This document shows, one piece after another, positions 60,203 to 64,000 of a DNA stretch of 64,000 nucleotides. Every line of letters starts with the position of its first letter. Within the stretch, counting starts at the first letter, position 1. The translations under genes were made by a program, and so were the position numbers. Source of the stretch: Nitrospirota bacterium (lineage in GTDB: Bacteria > Nitrospirota > UBA9217). Under the pieces are notes generated by a model. That model did no database searches. It had not been told where the DNA came from and saw only the letters and a program-made list of their open reading frames with translations. The DNA lies in contig CAVVUN010000015.1 in assembly GCA_963751455.1 (NCBI GenBank), positions 32,001-96,000 on the forward strand, written 5' to 3'.

Positions 60203-61570
60203 ATGAACTACTCTGATACAAAACTGCTGCAGGAGATTTTGGGGAGGTTGCAGGGGATGGAAATAAAAGGAGTATCAATAGACTCCAGGAACATAAAAGA
60301 AGGAGAGCTTTTCATCGCTATAAAAGGCGACCGGTTCGACGGCCACGATTTTGTTCCGGACGCAATTAAAAAAGGCGCCTGGGGCGCGCTGGTCGAACGC
60401 ACAGCGCTCGAACTCAAATATGAACACATCGGCGGCCTCAAAAATATTCTTCCGGTGGAAGACACGCTCGTGGCGCTTCAAGAGATGTCCCAAAAGCACA
60501 GGAAAAAATATTCGATTCCGGTTGTCGGGATAACAGGCAGCAACGGGAAAACAACAACCAAGGAAATGGTCGCGGGCATCATGAAGCAGAAGGGGCCTGT
60601 GCTGAAGAACGAAGGCAATTTGAACAATCATATCGGCGTTCCGCTTACGCTGCTCAAGATCGAAGCAAGGCACCGGAGCGCCGTGGTCGAGATGGGCATG
60701 AGCGCAATCGGCGAGATCGACCTGCTTGCCCGGCTTGCTGCCCCGGACGTCGGTGTGATCACGAATATCGGGCCTGCACATCTGGAATTCCTGGGAACCA
60801 TGGACGGGGTAGCCGAAGCCAAGGCGGAGCTTCTCGGGAACCTTGCCGCCACGGGGACCGCGGTTCTCAATGCGGATGATCCCTATTTCGAGACGCTCAG
60901 GAAAAAATGCCCCGGCCGGGTGAAGAGCTTTGGGATAGAGAACAAGGCGGATGTGACCGCCCGCGATATAGAACAGGGCAGGGACTTCACGGATTTTACG
61001 CTGACAAGCGACGGTGCAAAGGTGAAGGTGCGGCTTCGCGCATTGGGCAGGCATAATATCTATAACGCGCTGGCGGCCGCCGCAGCCGCAACGGCGGCAG
61101 GTATGCCGATCGAGGCAGTGAAGTACGGTCTTGACGATTTTGCACCCATAGCGATGCGCTCCGAGGTCCGAATCATGAACGGCAGGACCGTGCTAGCCGA
61201 TTGTTATAATGCGAACCCGGGCTCGGTCAAGGCCGCGCTCGAAACGCTGGTTTCCGTAAGAAAGAACAAAAAAGCGGTCGCGGTGCTCGGCGATATGCTT
61301 GAATTGGGCGAGTTGTCGGCGGCCGAACACCGCGCGATCGGAGCGGCTGCCGCCAGGCTGGGGGTCGACGTTCTCATAACGCTGGGCCCGATGGCAAAGC
61401 ACATCCTGGACGGCGCGCATGACGGCGGCATGCCGAAGGCCAAACTCTTCGCTGCCGCAACGCATGCCGAGGCGGCCGAGCTGGCGACCAGGAATTCCGA
61501 AAACGGAGATGCGGTGTTGATCAAAGGGTCGCGCGGCATGAAGATGGAAAAGATTCTGGAGGAGTTCTGA
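60203..61570 (+). CDS. murF: UDP-MurNAc-tripeptide:D-Ala-D-Ala ligase
   Basis: [36 protein letters not shown]. Confidence 0.95.
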   Translation: MNYSDTKLLQEILGRLQGMEIKGVSIDSRNIKEGELFIAIKGDRFDGHDFVPDAIKKGAWGALVERTALELKYEHIGGLKNILPVEDTLVALQEMSQKHRKKYSIPVVGITGSNGKTTTKEMVAGIMKQKGPVLKNEGNLNNHIGVPLTLLKIEARHRSAVVEMGMSAIGEIDLLARLAAPDVGVITNIGPAHLEFLGTMDGVAEAKAELLGNLAATGTAVLNADDPYFETLRKKCPGRVKSFGIENKADVTARDIEQGRDFTDFTLTSDGAKVKVRLRALGRHNIYNALAAAAAATAAGMPIEAVKYGLDDFAPIAMRSEVRIMNGRTVLADCYNANPGSVKAALETLVSVRKNKKAVAVLGDMLELGELSAAEHRAIGAAAARLGVDVLITLGPMAKHILDGAHDGGMPKAKLFAAATHAEAAELATRNSENGDAVLIKGSRGMKMEKILEEF

Positions 61571-62649
61571 TGCTGTATCATCTGCTTTATCCGCTTCGAA
61601 ATGTATTCAGCGGCTTCAACGTTTTCAAGTACATAACCTTTCGGAGCGCGGGTGCGGTGCTGACGGCGCTCCTCGTGACGTTCCTGCTCGGTAAAATGAT
61701 GATTGCCTGGCTCAGAAGGCTCAAGGTAGGCCAGCACGTGCGCAACGACGGCCCGCAGACCCATTTATCAAAACAGGGCACGCCGACCATGGGCGGCATT
61801 CTCATTATCACAGCGCTCGCCGTGTCGGTGCTTCTCTGGTCCGATCTTACTAATAAATACGTGTGGGTCGTGCTCTTCGCTACGCTTGCCTTCGGCGCCA
61901 TAGGATTCTGGGATGATTATCTGAAGGTCGTGAAGAAGCGGTCCAAGGGGCTGAGCGCCAAACAGAAATTCGGACTCCAGATTCTGGCAGCCGTTCTGAT
62001 CGCCGTTTTTCTGTATCATCCCGCCGACCGTTACAGTACGCACCTGTCAGTGCCGTTCATGAAGCAGCTCTTCATTAATCTCGGCTGGTTCTACATTCCG
62101 TTTGTGGCCGTCGTTGTTATCGGCTCATCGAATGCAGTGAACCTCACGGATGGTCTCGACGGTCTGGCCATCGGCCTTGTGGGAATTGCGTCAATGGCAA
62201 ACGCGGTGATCGTGTATCTCGGCGGAAACCGGGTAATCGCCAATTACCTGAAGATCCTGTACATTCCGGGCAGCGGAGAGCTGGTCATTTTTTGCGGCGC
62301 CATGCTCGGCGCCAGCCTCGGTTTTCTCTGGTATAATGCGCACCCCGCGGAGGTGTTTATGGGCGATGTCGGGTCCCTTTCGCTCGGCGGGGCGCTCGGC
62401 ACGATAGCCGTGGTCACGAAGCACGAGCTCATCCTCGTTATCGTGGGCGGAATTTTCGTGATCGAAACAGTCTCCGTCGCGCTGCAGGTGGCCTCGTACA
62501 AACTCACGGGCAAGCGCATCTTCAGGATGGCGCCCATCCACCATCATTTTGAACAGATCGGCTGGCCCGAGTCAAAGGTGATCGTGCGGTTCTGGATCAT
62601 AGGTATTATCCTGGCGCTGGTGTCGCTGAGTTCGTTAAAGTTGAGATGA
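61570..62649 (+). CDS. mraY: Phospho-MurNAc-pentapeptide transferase
   Basis: [25 protein letters not shown]. Confidence 0.97.
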   Translation: MLYHLLYPLRNVFSGFNVFKYITFRSAGAVLTALLVTFLLGKMMIAWLRRLKVGQHVRNDGPQTHLSKQGTPTMGGILIITALAVSVLLWSDLTNKYVWVVLFATLAFGAIGFWDDYLKVVKKRSKGLSAKQKFGLQILAAVLIAVFLYHPADRYSTHLSVPFMKQLFINLGWFYIPFVAVVVIGSSNAVNLTDGLDGLAIGLVGIASMANAVIVYLGGNRVIANYLKILYIPGSGELVIFCGAMLGASLGFLWYNAHPAEVFMGDVGSLSLGGALGTIAVVTKHELILVIVGGIFVIETVSVALQVASYKLTGKRIFRMAPIHHHFEQIGWPESKVIVRFWIIGIILALVSLSSLKLR

Positions 62650-62660
62650 AATGCATTTGG

Positions 62661-62787
62661 CCGCAGATTGCGCAGATTTAACGCAGATTAAGAAAATAGA
62701 GAAAACGTCTAAATGGCAGAATTTAATAACGGCCTAATTAAAAAAAATTCTTGAAATTAAAATCTGTGAAATCTGCGTAATCTGCGG
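62661..62787. repeat. Palindromic mini-element (CGCAGATT arms), empty form
   Basis: ccgcagattgcgcagatttaacgcagatt ... aatctgtgaaatctgcgtaatctgcgg; same family as the outer layer at 36794. Confidence 0.8.
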
Positions 62788-62816
62788 ATCAAGGAGTTAA
62801 CGTTTTTGGAGGCAAG

Positions 62817-64000
62817 GTGAAACCGAACTTTAAAGGCAAGCGGGTGACGGTCGTCGGTATGGCTCGGAGCGGCATAGGCGCCGCACGGGCGCTCCACGCC
62901 CTCGGCGCCCGTGTAACTATCACCGAAAAAAAACCTGTTGATCAGCTGCAGGAGCAGATAAAAGCGCTGGGCAGCGGTGACATCCTCGTCGAAGCGGGAG
63001 GCCACCCTGAGCGCATTTTCACGCAAGCCGACCTGATCGTGCTCTCTCCCGGAGTTCCGAAGATACCGCAGGTTCTGACCGCCAGCCGGCACGGCGTAAA
63101 AGTCATCAGCGAACTCGAGCTTGCCTGGCTTCTGTCAAAGTCTCCGTATATCGGCATTACCGGCACGAACGGCAAATCTACGGTCACAACGCTCACCGGG
63201 CTCATGCTGGAGCGGGCAAAAAAGAAGGTGCTTGTAGCGGGGAACATCGGCAACGCGCTTACCGAGCAACCGCGCCTGTTGACCGGGCAGGACTGGATCG
63301 TGGCGGAGCTCTCGAGCTTTCAACTCGAGGACATCGAGACCTTCAGGCCGCGCGTGGCAGCGATCCTGAATGTCACGCAGGACCATCTTGACCGGTACCA
63401 TGACATTTCGGAATACGCCGCAGCCAAGGCGCGGGTTTGCATGAACCAGAGGAAGGAAGATTTTCTCTTGTTGAATTTCGATGATCCGCTGGTAAAGCCC
63501 ATGGCGCTGAGGGTGGGGGCGACAGTCATTCCTTTTTCCCGCATGCACCGGTTCAACCCGGGCGCCTGCGTGCTCGATGGTTACCTGCTCTATAACGGAA
63601 AGAGAATCATTCGCGCGGATGAAATAAAAATTAAGGGTGTGCATAACCTTGAAAACGCATTGGCCGCGGCTGCCTTGTCGCTTGCCGCAGGGGCCGATGC
63701 GGAATCGGTTGCCGCTGTGCTCAGGGAATTCCCGGGTCTCGAACACCGGCTTGAGTTTGTGCGCGAAAAGGACGGGGTAGCCTATATAAACGATTCAAAG
63801 GGTACGAACGTCGGCGCTGTGGTTAAGTCCGTAGAAGGCTTCACGCAGCCGGTCATCCTCATCGCCGGCGGGCTTGACAAGGGCAGCGACTTCAGTCCCC
63901 TCTTCGACTTGTTCAAGAAGAAAGTGAAGCTCCTGATCCTGATCGGCAAGGCCGCGGACAAAATGATGACAGCACTGGGTGCATCTACCGAGACGGTTCT
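62817..64000 (+). CDS. murD: UDP-MurNAc-L-Ala:D-Glu ligase (runs off the window end)
   Basis: GGAGG + GTG 62817; MKPNFKGKRVTVVGMARSG, SPGVP, GTNGKST, ELSSFQL, NDSKGTN. Confidence 0.93.
   Translation, partial: MKPNFKGKRVTVVGMARSGIGAARALHALGARVTITEKKPVDQLQEQIKALGSGDILVEAGGHPERIFTQADLIVLSPGVPKIPQVLTASRHGVKVISELELAWLLSKSPYIGITGTNGKSTVTTLTGLMLERAKKKVLVAGNIGNALTEQPRLLTGQDWIVAELSSFQLEDIETFRPRVAAILNVTQDHLDRYHDISEYAAAKARVCMNQRKEDFLLLNFDDPLVKPMALRVGATVIPFSRMHRFNPGACVLDGYLLYNGKRIIRADEIKIKGVHNLENALAAAALSLAAGADAESVAAVLREFPGLEHRLEFVREKDGVAYINDSKGTNVGAVVKSVEGFTQPVILIAGGLDKGSDFSPLFDLFKKKVKLLILIGKAADKMMTALGASTETV

Overview
64 kb of bacterial chromosome. Gene content suggests a Nitrospirota/Desulfobacterota-like anaerobe; this is inferred, not verified. 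The backbone is housekeeping: pdxA, gltX, atpBE, rpsB-tsf-pyrH-frr, rplM-rpsI, argCJ, rpsU-yqeY-nif3-mutS2-dnaG-rpoD-tRNA(CAT), rnhA, rnpB, trpB2, prfC and the start of the dcw cluster (mraZ to murD). There are two accessory blocks. (1) An ~11 kb fatty-acid beta-oxidation/ETF block (FadN-like, thiolase, acyl-CoA dehydrogenase, membrane Fe-S oxidoreductase, EtfBA) is bracketed by two diverged copies of the trpB2 3' end; its first half has many single-base frameshifts. (2) A ~6.5 kb decaying toxin-antitoxin/defence hotspot holds a rearranged AAA ATPase, HigBA, an MqsR-like/Panacea pair, duplicated antitoxin-pemK remnants and an IS with an 8-bp TSD. The most striking non-genic signal is a set of gene-less palindromic mini-elements with 7-11 nt periodic arms in many intergenic spacers. 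Some carry smaller elements nested inside (up to three layers), and some have been absorbed into protein termini. Also notable: a sigma54/IHF-type promoter ahead of two paralogous small membrane proteins, and a STAS protein inside the dcw cluster. No CRISPR array, rRNA or integrase was seen.
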